Assembly: GCA_028023455.1 (NCBI GenBank)
Contig: JAQFVV010000003.1
Location: forward strand, 28,086,001 to 28,150,000
Length of the DNA: 64,000 nucleotides
Reading direction: 5' to 3'
Origin: Epiperipatus broadwayi
Taxonomy: Eukaryota; Animalia; Onychophora
Part shown: positions 49,664 to 63,900 of the stretch, in pieces
Layout: every line of letters starts with the position of its first letter
How positions within the stretch are numbered: position 1 is the first letter of the stretch
The notes under the pieces: generated by a model
Databases searched by the model: none
Told to the model about the DNA's origin: nothing
Seen by the model: the letters and a program-made list of their open reading frames with translations, nothing else
Position numbers and translations under genes: made by a program

Positions 49664-51989
49664 AGGGTATAACTTCAATATTTAACAAAGAAAAATTATT
49701 TAAATTATAGATGAATATAAACTTGTTTGATTTTAATGAAATCAATTTTTTAATGAAATCAATTCATTACAATTTACAAAGCAAGAGAGCGGGCCTTTAT
49801 TTGAAATAAGAAATAAATGATACTAACACCTTACGAGCAGCTAAACGAATATGAAATAAAGTGGTTTGTCAGTGATTTGAGAAGTATAAAGGGCAGCTTG
49901 TATTTAACAAGTACTTTCTGCCTTACAAATGATCCATGGAACATGGGAAAGCCAGGTCGGGACACAGCTGTAAACCTTTGGTGTTCCGCCCTCGCTATAT
50001 TTAAACTAGCAATAAGATCACTGATATGACAAGCCAAGAAGCAAGAGAGGGGCTCAATGATCATCATATTTAATTAATAAAGCCCAAATTATATAAAATA
50101 TGCTTCACATAGTGACCTGATCATGTCAGATTAAAATCAAACTTACTCTGAGCGAAATGCTTAAATGCAATTATGTAATTATAATAGTCATACCCTCTAT
50201 ATCATGCTCTCCCTGAATACTAATATAAAATACGAGATTTAAATCAGAATATATTTATTTTATTTTTCTTATTAACGTTTAGTAAAACATTGATAAATAT
50301 GATCAATATAAATAAATGTTTGTGAAACTTAAATAAAATAGCCGAGAGCATAGATTATAAAATGGGCTAATAATACTTATCAGCCGTTGGTAAAATATCA
50401 AACATTAAATAAATCCTTCAACTTGATAATGAATAGAACCGTATTAAGTTAGTTCTAATGGGCAATCTATGAAATTTAATACAATATTATTGTATTAGGG
50501 TGAATTTAAATGAAAGAGATTATTATCGAGTTGAACGTATTATTGACGTATTATCAAAATTAATGATATTATGAACATTCAAATAAATATAATTAAAATT
50601 AGTTAAAAGGAACCGCCATAGTAGTAAAAAGAATGGTAACAAGATATTAATTTTAAGACTAGAGGTAATAGAATAGAGAATTACTATACAAAATATAGAA
50701 TGAATAGAGAAATTTAAACAGTAGTTAACATAAATTATGATTTGATAGAGTTCATAAACAGACCAGAAAGTTGCGGTTCATAAAATAAAAGTATTACCAG
50801 TCCTTTCCATGGCTTGCTCATTAATTCATATGACAGAGTCTAGTTGGGTTTAGGAGATAATGTAAGCGCGCACTTGATTTATGTGAATTTCATTTTATGG
50901 ATCAGTTTCCTTATGTATTTTGGCAGCTTACGATTGGTATGGAAAGTTCTATTTAGCACCTACATTTTGAAGATTGGTGGGGAGCTTTGGGGTCCAGTAA
51001 TCAGATCCCTGAAGTTAGCCACATACCATGCTGAAAATACTATCAAAAATCATGATTAAAAGTGACGTAGCTTATGATAGCAACTTTTTAAAAAAGTAAT
51101 GGCTTTTTTTTTTCATAGAAACTTTTCCGGGCTATTTATACTTTTCCTACGGTTTCCCGTCCATTCTGATTCTGATGCCTTAAGGCTAAAGCTTTTTACC
51201 TTATTACAAATTAAAATTTCCCCTAATTGATTTCCGATCCATTCTTCCGATAAGACTTTCAAATCCATTAACTTTGAATTCGTTTTCTATTTAGAAAATG
51301 AATTTGTAAAATCTAAACAAATGATTTTAATTAAGAACCGTCCTTACAGTTTTAAATTATCATTTTAACTAATTAATAAAAATTCCCCATTGTCTTTCGG
51401 AAAGGATGACCTGAAAGTTTATCGAAAGAATGCAGCTTTTAATCATATAAATTTGAACAAAATGGTAAAATAAAAAATAAACCCGATGTAATGAAACTTT
51501 ATAATGAATATACATATTTAACTATTTATAAATATATATGTACAATCCATGCAATTACAATATATATATTTTCATGAATATTTTATCATGAGGTAATTAA
51601 TAATACTAACAAGTTTAAACATAAAATAATTAACTTTAATAAATACTTAAATAATAATCTGTTTTAAGCGAAACTAGCATGGATTGAAATAGTATTAAGC
51701 CCCATTACATTCGGAAATATCCATTGTTAGTGACAGGATTTGAATTAGGTTAAAGGTGGGATCTCATGAAGTTCGGATCAAACTTAGATCCGACTGCTTC
51801 AATATTAAATTGCATAAAATTGAATTCTGAGTTACTGTGCTCTTTGTGTCCTCGAAAATTAAATTTTGTACTAAATTGTTATTCTTACTCAGAGATTAGT
51901 GAGTTAAGACATAGTTAAACTTAGTACAATCACTAAGTTTGAACCTAGCTTAGACAAAAAATAAGCAGTTGAAAATTCAAACCTAGTTT

Positions 51990-53290
51990 TGAAGGAATTT
52001 AAAATGTCATCATTTAGGCAAACTTGTATCGCCGAGCTCGATGTGAATAATAATGGCCATTATACTTAACGCAAGTCGAGATATTTTGCACTGAACAGAA
52101 TAGAGGACAATAAATGGAAAGTCACAGCACTCAAATTTTTTTGAAAAGAAAGTCATTGAGATAATGAATGTTTTAAGACCTTACTGTAACAGATGACATA
52201 TCTTACAAGGGATTAATAAGAAAATTAAGCAAATATTTTAGCCCTCAATCACCCTTCCATAAAATAGTTTAAGGATTAATGATCTGAGGGAGCTAGTAAA
52301 AGATTATGGGTATGGGAAGCTTGTCGAGGAAATACTTGTGGAGTAATTACTCTGGGGGATGTCTGACAAGCTCAGACATCAGCTGTTAATAGAGACTGAT
52401 CTAACATGAAATTTCTATCAAGAAAGGAATAGCTTACTACTTAATTTTAGAGCCGCTCATACTTTTAAAACTAAACATGAAGATAATATGGGAGTTTTTA
52501 AGATGGATGAAAAATGTACTAATCCATGAAAACCGTAGTATGAAAAGAGAGATAAATTCATATGTTTCTGCTTTGGAAAAATAGATCATAGAGCAAAAGA
52601 TTGTAAGTGGAAGCAATAAACATGTTTTAAATTTATGAACTAAGGGACATTTAGTGTGTGTATGTAGAAAATTTGGAAATGGGAAGAGCAAAGTGAAAAC
52701 TCAGGTGCAGAAAAATAGGGGAAGTAAATCCTTTAATATTCAAATTGTAAAAAACATGGAGGTTCAGGGCTCAAAGCAATTCATGATGAAATTGCAAATT
52801 TGTCGAAAAGAGATTACAATGAGATAGATAGTGGCTCATGAATATCTATAATGTCCTAGGTAGATTGGAGTATACTATCAGCTGCTGACATTAAAATAGA
52901 AAAAAACAGATGTTAAGGCTCAAGACATGAGCAAGAATGTGTTGAAATTATTGGGTGAGTAAAAGTACCAATTAGATAGCACAAGAAAATAGTTAAATTA
53001 CAACTGTATATAGGGAAAGAGAAAATTAACTCTATATTCAGAAGGGAATAGCTCCGCACAATAGGAATTCAAGTTAGTATTTGTAAAAAAAAATTCCCTC
53101 GAACAAGAAATTCAAAATACATATTATTCAGTGAGGAATTAGGTGTAATATCAATGGGCTTAGGATAAATTGAGATAGGTGAAAATGCACTGCCCAGTTG
53201 TGTATAAACCATGACAAATCCCATTCACACAAAACAAAAGTCAAGGAGAAAAAATTTAGGGATTGGTTAATAAGAGCATATTGACGCTAC
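51990..53290 (+). mobile_element. Gypsy gag-protease remnant, truncated by the next element
   Basis: Broken frames read YFALNRIEDNKWKV, LRELVKDYGYGKLVEEIL, KGHLVCVCRK, and a protease-like EIDSGS segment. Confidence 0.65.
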
Positions 53291-53301
53291 TAGAAGAGAT
53301 T

Positions 53302-54792
53302 AAACAGAAAGGGTTGCGGTGGGGGGGGGGTTATAAAGTTTGTGCTCTTGTATTTTGTTTAAAAACGCATGTAGTTGTATTGTTGTATGGGTGAATAAAT
53401 GGAATGGACTCACTAAAAAAAAATAAGGCAAGATTTTATTTTCAAGATGGAAGTCATAGTATGATGTCATCAAAAAGATATATTAAATGAAAGAAAAAAG
53501 ATCAAAAATGCTAAGAAAGAAGCAAAGAATGGTCAGATATGGATTTTGAGGTGTTAATTGAAATTCCTTGATGTCAAGAAACTAAAATGCTAAAAGGGTT
53601 TTTGCAAACTTAAAAATAACACGTTTCTTTTTAAAGAAAAGAAAAAACGAAAGAAAGAATAAAAAGAAAATGGAACAGTGGTATTAATTAATGAGAATTC
53701 TTCAGTCGGACTTTTGAGGCATTCTAAAAAAATTTGTTCTACTAGTGAGATCGTAAAAAATATTTTAAAAACTACATATAACCATCAGCCATGAATAGGC
53801 TGGGGTAAGGACTGAAACATGCTGGGCTCTGCAAGCCATGCTACGAAGATACCGCAGATGCTGTCTACATTGGAAGGAAGCCCTCTTAAACCTAACAAAT
53901 AGAATGATTTTCACCGAATATTCTTGATATTATATTAAGGGATTGATCAAGATACACTTATCCAAAAGCAACTATTCATAATGCCGTAGTGTCGAGCGAA
54001 CCAATGCTGCTATTCGTCTATACCCCCAGGGAGAAATCAAGGTAATATGAACACTTTCTTAAATGCTACTCACTTGTCAAATAATAATTCATCTTCAATA
54101 ATAATATTTCCTAAAGACTAAAAAAGAAAGAGAAAAAACAAAAGAAAATTTTTATACATCATCAAGTATGTTTTATTCGGATGAATAGACTAAATGCTGA
54201 ATTGGCTCATTTGTCTTATATTATCTGATTTTGTTGTATTTATTTGTCTTTGCAGTATATGTATGTACATGTGTTATCTTTAAAATATTTAGCACAAACT
54301 AGAAAATAGTTATTATGGGATTTCTATATTAACGAGTATTAAATATCTATTTTAAGCATGAGTGTATGTATCTATGGTTGTTTATTTTATTTTAGATTGG
54401 GTAATAGACATAGAGATTCATAGTTAAAATGATGTATGAGAGTGATTAAGCGTCTATGTGCGCATTTATGTCCCCATATCTTTCCCACAGTTAATTACCA
54501 CCAGCCCTGAGTGAGCTAGTCAGTGGTAGGGTTCCATTTGTTCAAAATTAGTACTCGACCTCTCCCAGCATAATTCTTATTTACATGTAGGTAAGCTGGG
54601 CTTGGTGTCAGAAATTGACTTCCATAAATATCTGGGTGAGAAATAAGAATACCATGTAGAATTACTGACCGAATAAAGAATTATATATATATAGAAAAAA
54701 AAGAGAAAGGAAAACTATTACATTATAATTACGCAAACATGTGTATGGTCCTATATATACGTGATTCACACAAAAAGACGAAATCCGTTACA
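53302..54792 (+). repeat. 5' LTR (5'-truncated)
   Basis: Colinear with 60742-62289, about 85-90% similar by eye. Confidence 0.85.
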
Positions 54793-55160
54793 ATGGCATC
54801 CCAATAAAGGAGCTTTCCAAGAGTGGAAAGTATGGGGGGTAGAAGATAAGAATTAGATATAAAAGTTAAATAATAAAAGAATGTGATATGTTATAATTGT
54901 TTCGGTGAATTTTAAAGGAAGAGAGATCAGGAAATAGGTTTGGAGTGGGTTAGATAGCGAAATTAGACAGGTAGCATAGTACTTTGGGGATGGAAAGTAG
55001 ATCCGGCACGTTCGATGCAGAAATAGTTGACACAAAATTATATAATTAGCTTGTTGATATATATATAAACATTACAAGCATAAAGCTAAACTAGTCAATA
55101 TAAAATCAAAACTACCCCAAATCTAAAATTAAACCAGACCAGCATAAAAATAATATTAAA

Positions 55161-55204
55161 ACACAACCTAAGGTTTCACTGCTACAAGCAGACTTCTCAA
55201 GTGT
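55161..55204 (-). ncRNA. Atypical hammerhead-like motif (UUGAGAA core)
   Basis: Minus strand: ACAC-TTGAGAA-gt-CTGC-ttgta-GCAG-t-GAAACC-tta-GGTT-GTGT; all three helices pair. Confidence 0.7.
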
Positions 55205-56677
55205 AAAGAACTACAAAAAAACCACACATATACTATTAAAAACTACCCACAAATCCATTCACTTCCCATCCACCCTTAATATTAAAAGAACTCTTAAATA
55301 AGTTAATTGCTTCAGAATAATAAATTTTCAATAATAAAGACTCTTTAATTCTTCTTTTGATTTCATTTCTCTCAAAGAAGACAACCTTAGCTTCATCAAA
55401 ATCAATAGTGTGGCCTGTATCTTTTTATGGACATACAAAGCAGAACTAAGATATCTATTTTTAACTCTACTTTTATGAACCTTTATTCTTTCATTTAAAC
55501 CAAACTACTCTGACCTATGTAAACCTTCTTACAAAATAAACAAGGAATAAAATATACCACACCAGGAATAGTCTTTCTATCAAAAACTTCTTTTGTATTA
55601 TTTAATAAATTATTCAATGTAACACCCATTTTCCAAGCAATTTTCTTATTTCCAAACAATTTACTATTTCTACACACAATTCTATAAGAAGACAATTTAA
55701 ATGGCAAAGAAATTAAATCATATTTTTCTTTAACCTTTACATCCTTACAAATATTACTATTAAATAAAATACTTTTAACAAATTTATCAGAGTATCCAAC
55801 ACTCAAATAATCTTTATAAAATTGATATTTCTGAAACAAAGCTACCCCACTAGAATTATTTAATTTAATATTCCTATGACAATAATTCCTTAAAGCAGCT
55901 ACTTTATGAGATACAGACTGATAGCTATCAGGTTTAATTATAGATCTTAATTCTTTACTTTTAACTAAATGACTATCAATAAACAATTAGTTTCTATATT
56001 TCTAATCACCAAAAGATCTTTCTAGTGGGGTAGCTTTGTTTCAGAAATATCAATTTTATAAAGATTATTTGAGTGTTGGATACTCTGATAAATTTGTTAA
56101 AAGTATTTTATTTAATAGTAATATTTGTAAGGATGTAAAGGTTAAAGAAAAATATGATTTTATTTCTTTGCCATTTAAATTGTCTTCTTATAGAATTGTG
56201 TGTAGAAATAGTAAATTGTTTGGAAATAAGAAAATTGCTTGGAAAAGGGGTGTTACATTGAATAATTTATTAAATAATACAAAAGAAGTTTTTGATAGAA
56301 AGACTATTCCTGGTGTGGTATATTTTATTCCTTGTTTATTTTGTAAGAAGGTTTACATAGGTCAGAGTAGTTTGAGTTTAAATGAAAGAATAAAGGTTCA
56401 TAAAAGTAGAGTTAAAAATATATATCTTAGTTCTGCTTTGTATGTCCATGAATAAGATACAGGCCACACTATTGATTTTGATGAAGCTAAGGTTGTCTTC
56501 TTTGAGAGAAATGAAATCAAAAGAAGAATTAAAGAGTCTTTATTATTGAAAATTTATTATTCTGAAGCAATTAACTTATTTAAGAGTTCTTTTAATATTA
56601 AGGGTGGATGGGAAGTGAATGGATTTGTGGGTAGTTTTTAATAGTATATGTAATGTGTGGTTTTTTTGTAGTTCTTT

Positions 56678-56721
56678 ACACTTGAGAAGTCTGCTTGTAG
56701 CAGTGAAACCTTAGATTGTGT
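56678..56721 (+). ncRNA. Atypical hammerhead-like motif (mirror copy, helix III mutated)
   Basis: acac-TTGAGAA-gtctgcttgtagcagt-GAAACC-tta-GATT-gtgt. Confidence 0.6.
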
Positions 56722-56961
56722 TTTAATATTATTTTTATGCTGGTCTGGTTTAATTTTAGATTTGGGGTAGTTTTGATTATATATATATATATATATAAGA
56801 AAAACAGTAACATTAGAATAAATGTGGAGTGAAATGGAATGGGTGAAAATAAAAACATATAGAGGGGAAAGGAGGAGTGGCCAACAAAGCACTTTCAAAG
56901 TCTGCAAATGATAGCCACAGAATACCAGATAATGATAAAGTAATGATATAATGATAAAGTA

Positions 56962-59900
56962 ATGATAGCATGCCACCATCTCGAAGGATATGCTGAGGCT
57001 TGGTGGAATTCACTTTTACACCAGCCACAAACATTCCCAGATTATGAAAGGGGTCTAGAGAAGGTCTTCTGGAGAGTAGAGTTGCAGGAGCACATTGGAA
57101 TACAGTTAATGAAGGAAAAGTTTCAGAAAAATAATGAAGAAGAATATGTGGTTTTTCAGGAGACAGGTAGCCATGCTAAAGACCTTAGAACCTTGCAGAC
57201 TATCTGAGAAACAGTTTGTGGGAATGGTATGCATGAATCTACCGGAGGAAATAAACTGGATGGTATGAAAAGAGAGTGAGAAGTTGGCGAAAGTGATATA
57301 GATTATTCAGTCAGATAGAGATAAGTAAAAAAAATGAGACAAATTGATGAGCAAGGATTAAGGTCAGGGAAAAAGACAGATTTATGAAATAAGTAAAGGA
57401 TAAGGACAGAAAAAAAGGGAAATAGGAAACTTAGCGTGTTTATGGGAAGACTGAGTCCCAGGTTATGCATGTCACACATGTCCCAAAATTCCCATAACAG
57501 AGAGATAAAAGTGGAGGTCCTTTTGGATTCGGGTAGTCAGGTTTTGGTGATAGCAGAAAGCCTATACCACAGAATCAGGAAGGAACAATTGGATGTACCT
57601 ACTCTCCCATTGAAGTCAATTCATGTAACAATTGCTAAGCACTGAAAAGTCAAGATTGAGTCCAAACAAATATGGCTAGGTGTTAAAATCAACGGAGACT
57701 GTCCGCATGTCTTTTTGATAATGAAAGACTTGATATACGACACTTGTTAGGATCAGATTTTTTGCATAAATGTAAATGCACTTTAGATTATGAAGGTAGG
57801 CAAGCACATGTAAAGGGAAGGTAGTTAAGTTCTTAATGGGGTGAATAGATCAGTAGGGGCATTGTATGGTAGAAGACCTTACGAGTGACATCATTATGGA
57901 ATGGGTACGAGAGGCAAAGATGGCCATGGGAAGTTGGGAAAGTATCTTAAGGCAATTGCGGGAATACTATCAAGTTTTCACCACATACCGGGATAATACT
58001 GGGTTTTGAACAAAGGATTAGAGTAAATGACAACCAACTTTTAAAGCCAGATCATACCCTATTCCCCATTAATATTGAAATGAAGTGAAAAAACAAATAG
58101 ACCAGATGATAGAATGGGGCATCATTTCAAAGTGCTCATCAGCATACTGTAACCCATTGGTAGTCATGAGGAAGAAGGATGGTGCGATCAGGCTGTGCCT
58201 CGATGTGAGACAACTGAACAAAGTGACCGTTCCCGATTGTAACATTCCTCCACCTATACAAGAACTTTTGGGGAAGATTCAAGGGCAAAATAATATTCTC
58301 AACATTTAACTTGACTGCTAGTTATTAGCAGATGAAGTTACACCCAGATGATCGTAAGTATATACCATTTCAATATGAGGGTTATTCATATCAGTTCAAC
58401 CGGATGCTGTTTGGCCTAATTAACAGTGGGGCAGGGTTGTTAAGATGCTTAGATCAGGTTCTATCCCCTGAAGTAAAAGATCTGATGACAATGTATGTGG
58501 ATGATGTATTGGTGGTCTCAGCCACTGTGAAAGAGCATATAAGGGATGTTACAATGTTTTTAAATGAATGCCAAGAAAAGGGAATTAAAATAAACTTTAA
58601 TTACATTGCTTCAGGAAGAGGTTACATTTTTAGGTCATATAGTAGGAGCCCAAGGTATTAGGCCTCACCCTATAAAGTATCAGCTATTGGAGACTTCCAG
58701 TACCCCAATTCCAGGAAACAAGTATGGTCCTTTCTTGGCCCATGCAACTTTTACAACCGGTTTCAAGAATGATTTGCAGAACGAATGGAACCCTTGGTTA
58801 GGCTATTGAGAAAAAGATGTGACGTATGAATGGAAGGAGGAACAAGAACAAGCCTTCGAAAGGGTGAAGACAGCATTAATGCAACACGTAATGTTGGCAT
58901 TTCCTGATTTTGCAAAGCCATTCTTAGTGCAGACAGACAGTAGTGGGTATGGCCTGGGAGTAATATTGTCACAGTTGCAGACGGATGGTCAGATAGGAGA
59001 ATTGTATTTCCTGAGTCAATTGCTTAAGGGACCTGAACTCCATTACACTGCTACTGAAAAGGAAGCCCTGGCAATTGTTTGGGATATCCAAAAACTTTGT
59101 GCACTCTTGTTAGGATCAGAAGTCATCATGGTCACTGACCACAAAAGCTTGGAATTCATCAATCATAGTTACCTAACCAATAGTCGGTTGGTATGTTGGA
59201 GTCTATACCTCCAAGAATATAATTATACTATCAGATACTGCAAGGATCGGAGAATATAGTGGTGGATACTCTCAGCTGGAACACTGCACATTCACAATCT
59301 CAACATTTGTGAACAGAAAATTTATGTATTGCAGGCGTGAGCTCAGGAATAGATGGGTTCAAGAGTGACCTTAAAAAGTTGGCTCAACGCCAAAGAGAAG
59401 ATGCCCAATTGAAACAGGTAATTGAGCATTTGGAAGACAGAGGGACCAAGGTCGTCGGATGGTATGAACATAGGATTGGACAGTGTAATGTAGACAAATC
59501 CATACTTCAATATAAAATCATGGATGACCCGGAAGAATGGAGACCAATTATACCTCGACAGATGCAGTGGTGGCTCATGTCCACCAGGCATATGGGCACT
59601 ATGGGGTGTGGAAGATTGAACATTGGCTCAAGAAATGGTTTTATTGGTGAGGCATGCATAGTAAGATAGTCGCCATCATTGGTCATTGTGAAATTTGTCA
59701 GCGAGCCAAACCAGTAAATAGAAATTATGCAGCCCCAATGACGTCCATAATACCAAAGAAACCACGGGAGATTGTAGCGGTGGACTATTATGGTCCATTG
59801 CCGGTGTACAATAAAAAGAGGTATTTGCTGGTGGTATACGATGTGTTTTCCAAATTCATGGCTGCCTACCCAATAGCTCAAGCAAATACGAGAAACATGA

Positions 59901-60330
59901 TTCGCATATTAGAATGTCAGATTATCCTCTCAGATCATGGGATACCGTTTACTTCTGGAGAATGGGGAAGATGGATTCAGACATCAGGGATTCGACATAT
60001 ACTGATGTCTATCCGGAACCCGCAATCAAACCCATGTGAACAAGTGATGCACGAGTTGGGGAAATTGTTCAGAACTTACATCCCGACCAACCACAGAGGT
60101 TGGGTCCGAAAAATTGGGGATATTATTAATTGGGTGGTCAACGAGTCAACAGGGTTTTCTCCTGTATGGTTACATGTTGGCAGAGATGCTCCTTAATTAA
60201 TCCCGGATAACCTGTCAAGAAGTGAGAAAAGTCAATAGATACCAAAAGTGATCAAAAACAGGCGTATCACAATCTCATAAGAAAAAGCCAAAAGCGGAAT
60301 AGAATGTCAATGGGATACTATAGGTTTAAG
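56962..60330 (+). pseudogene. Gypsy gag-pol (gag, protease, RT, RNase H, integrase)
   Basis: AEAWWNSL; VLLDSGSQV; NPLVVMRKKDGAIRLCLDVRQLN; YVDD; FPDFAKPFLVQTDSSGYGLG; HCEICQR, VAVDYYGPLP. Confidence 0.95.
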
Positions 60331-60612
60331 GTAGGTGACCGGATTTTGGTAAAGACACCCCATGTGAGTGAACCAGGGAAGTTTATATGTAAAGAAATTT
60401 ATATGAGGGTCCATTCACGATTGTGAAATGTCAGGGAAATCATGCATTTTGGATAGACACCGGGCAGGAAATAAAGGAGATCTTATAATGCTTGGTCACT
60501 CAAACCCTTGTCTTCATATTATGGCAGTAATGAGTAGAGTTATTTTTTGGTTTAGAAATGAGCCATTCAAATACTCAAAATGGTATTTGAAGGCTTTTGA
60601 CTGGGGGGGTAT

Positions 60613-62289
60613 TATAACAGGGCTGGGTTCAAAACCTGTTTTAAAGTATGGTGATATATATATGCACATATATATATGTAATCAAAATTTGTAATAAACT
60701 TGATTTTCTTTTTTTGTGTGTGTGTATATTTTTAAATGGGAAAACAGAAAGGATTGTGGGGGAGTTATAAAGTTTGTCGTCTTGTATTTTGTTTAAAAAC
60801 GCATATAGTTGTATTGCTGTATTGGTGAATAAGTGGAATGGACTCACTAAAAAAAAAACAAATAATAAGGCAAAGTTTTATTTTCAAGTTGGAAGTCATA
60901 GTGCGGTGTCGTCAAAAAGATATATTAAATCAAAGAAAAAAGATCAAAAATGCATAGATTGTTATCTTGATAAATAAAAAAAAATTTTAATGAAAAGAAA
61001 AATTCCAAGAAAGAAACAAAGAATGGTCGGATATGGATTTTGAGATGTTAATTGAAATTCCTTGACGTCAAGAAAAAAAAGTGAAAGGGTTTTTGCAAAC
61101 CTAAAAATAACACGTGGTTTCTTTTTTTAAAAAAAAAAGAGAGAATAAAAAGAAAATGGAACAATGGAATTAATGAGAATTCTTCAGTCAGACTTTCAAG
61201 GCATTCTAAAAAGATTTGTTCTACTAGTGAGATCGTAAAAATATTATTTTAAAAACTACATGTAACCAGCCATGATTAGGCTGGGGTAAGGACTGAAATG
61301 TGCTGGGCTCTGCAAGCCATCCTACGAAGATACCGCAAATAGGTCTACATTGGAAGGAAGTCCCTCTTAAACCTAACAAATAGAATGATTTTCATCGAAC
61401 ATTCTTGATATTATATTAAGGGATTGATCAAGATATACTTATCCAAAAGCAACTATTCACAATGCCATAGTATCGAGCGAACCAACGCTGCTATTCGTCG
61501 ATACCCCCGGGGAGAAATCAAGGTAATGTGAACACTTTCATAAGTGCTACTCACTTCTTCAAATAATAATTCATCTTCAATAATAATATTGCGTAAAGAC
61601 TTAAAAAGAAAGAGAAAAATCAAAAGAAACATTTTATACATTGTCAAGTATGTTTTATACGGATGAATAGACTAAATGCTGAATTGGCTCATTTGTCTTA
61701 TATTATCTGATTTTGTTGTATTTATTTGTCTGTGCAGTATATGTATGTACATGTGTTATCTTTAAAATATTTGAGCACAAACTAGAAAATAGTTATTATG
61801 AGATTTTTACATTAACGAGTATTAAATATCTATTTTAAGCATGAGTGTATGTATCTATATCTTGATTTATTTTATTTTAGATTGGGTAATAGAGATAGAG
61901 ATTTGTAGTTAAAATGATGTATAAGAGAGTCGATTAAGCATCTTTGCACATTTATGTCCCCATATCTTTTCCACTGTTAATAGCCACCCATCCTGAGTGA
62001 GCTAGCCAGTGGTAGGAGTTCCATTTGTTCAAAATTAGCACTCGACCTCTCCCAGCATAATTCTTATTTACAGGTAGGTAAGATTGGCATTTGGAGTCAG
62101 AAATTGACATCCATAAATATGCTGGGCAAGAAATAGGAGTACGATGTAGAATTACTGACCAAAAAAGAATTATATATATATTTTATATAGAAAAAAAAAG
62201 AGAAAAGAAAACTATTACATTATAATTATGCAAATATGCATATCATCCTATATATACGTGATTCACACGAAAAGGTGAAATCCATTACA
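60613..62289 (+). repeat. 3' LTR (~1.7 kb)
   Basis: Follows the G-tract and ends tccattaca; exact start inferred. Confidence 0.8.
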
Positions 62290-62344
62290 AATTGTAATAA
62301 CAAAACTCAATGACCAAATCGTAATATGTTGGGATTATGAGGTT

Positions 62345-63420
62345 ATCATCATCATCAATGATTATCAATCCACTGCAGGATGAAGGTCTCTCCAAGTTCA
62401 ATCCACTTCCGATCTTTAGCTTCTCTTTTCCACATCACCCCTGTACACTTTCTTATTTCATCCATCCATCTCATGTGTTGTCTCTTTTTGGGTCTTTTAC
62501 AATCTCTTGGGAATCAGTTTAAGATTTCAAATATTCATTTATTATAGTCTCTTCTAGCAATATGTCCAGCCCAACTCCACTTCAGTCTTTTAATTTTTTC
62601 AATGAGATCAGTAACATCTGTTGTTTCACTTACCCATATATTGCGTTTTCGATCTCTTCTTGCACCTCTCTATATTTCTTTGAGTGATTTGAAGTCTCTG
62701 TATTGCTCTTTTATTAAGTGTCCAAGTCTCAGATCCTTAAATAAGAACTGGTAAAACACATTTATTAAAAATCTTTCTTTTCAAACACATAGGCATATTT
62801 CCTTTTAGCATCAAGTTATTTCTACCAAAAGCACTCCAACCAATTTTAATTTTATGATTAATTTCATCCATTATGTTTCCATCTGTATTAGTAATCTGAT
62901 CAAGGTATTTGTAGCTGTTAACTTCTTCTAACTTATCATAATCAATCTGTATTCTCATATTTTGAGAAAATCCATTGAACATTATTTTAGTCTTTTTAAC
63001 ATTTATCTTTAGTCCTACTTTCATCTGATAACTCATGCAACATTTCCTGCTGCTCTAAAGCATTATTTGCAAAAACAACTACATCATCTGCAAAGTTTAA
63101 ATGACTTAAAATAATCTCCATTTACTTTCACTCTTTTAGCTTCCTATTTTAATCAATAAAATACTTCTTGCAGCACTGCTGTAAAAAGTTTTGGAGATAT
63201 GGAGTCACCCTGTCTTACACCTTTCTCCGTGTTGACTTTTCTAATATCATTTATGTAATTTAATTGTTGCTGTTGTGTTTTTATAAATATTCTTTAAAAT
63301 GTGACAATATCCTGGATGTATATCTTGATGATCCAATGCTTTAATCACCAAAGAAATATTTATAGAATCAAATGCCTTTTCATAATCATATTTAAATAAG
63401 GAGGCATATCTAATGCTTAA
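62345..63420 (-). mobile_element. 5'-truncated RTE-clade LINE
   Basis: (TGA)n tail at 62345-62357 after cttcatcctgcagtggattg. RT motifs GVRQGDSISPKLF, FADD, YKYLDQ, KIFNKCVLPVL. Confidence 0.9.
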
Positions 63421-63469
63421 TATGAGAAAGATATTGGCCAGTTTTTAAAACACATCACACTTTGCAAAA

Positions 63470-63900
63470 TAGGACCTAAATTCCACTTTTCATCAAATAC
63501 TGGTGATGGGCAAGTCAGAAATATCAACCTTAACAATCCCTGTGGGATTATTTAAATGTAGTCAGCAACTGTTTGGTATTTCAATGATGCCAAGCATATT
63601 TCAAGCAAAAATTAAGACATTATTACTTTGATGAATACTTATAACACCATGCTTGGAAGAGGCGCTTTGTCAAAGACTATTTAAAGTATGCGAAAAGTTG
63701 CAGAGATTCAAAGTTAAATGCTCACACATATAATCCTTGGACATATAATCTCAAACAAGGGTAAGCGACCATCATCTGAGAAAATAAAAGCTGTGGAAAA
63801 TGCTACTAAACCCAGAAATGTTAAAAAAAAAAACTCAAGACAGTTTGATGAGATGTCTCGAACTGTTTTTACAGAATAAGTCTAAAGTAGTTAAACATCT
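63470..63900 (+). mobile_element. Gypsy RT remnant
   Basis: Broken frames DLNSTFHQILV, IPVGLFKC...FGIS, LGHIISNKG..PSSEKIKAVENA.KPRNVK. Confidence 0.7.

Larger units (their letters stand above)
55069..56786. mobile_element. Young PLE 3'-end fold-back inserted in the Gypsy 5' leader
   Basis: Arms ~55100-55854 / 56021-56778 nearly identical. Both encode IPGVVYFIPCLFCKKVYIGQS (GIY-YIG). ~32-nt left tail; low-complexity flank repeat atatatatataa. Confidence 0.9.
53302..62289 (+). mobile_element. Ty3/Gypsy LTR retrotransposon with long LTRs (degenerate)
   Basis: Direct repeats 53302-54792 and ~60613-62289 ending cc(g/a)ttaca. PBS-like tggcatcc at 54794; G-tract at 60603-60609; gag-pol remnants between. 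Confidence 0.88.
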
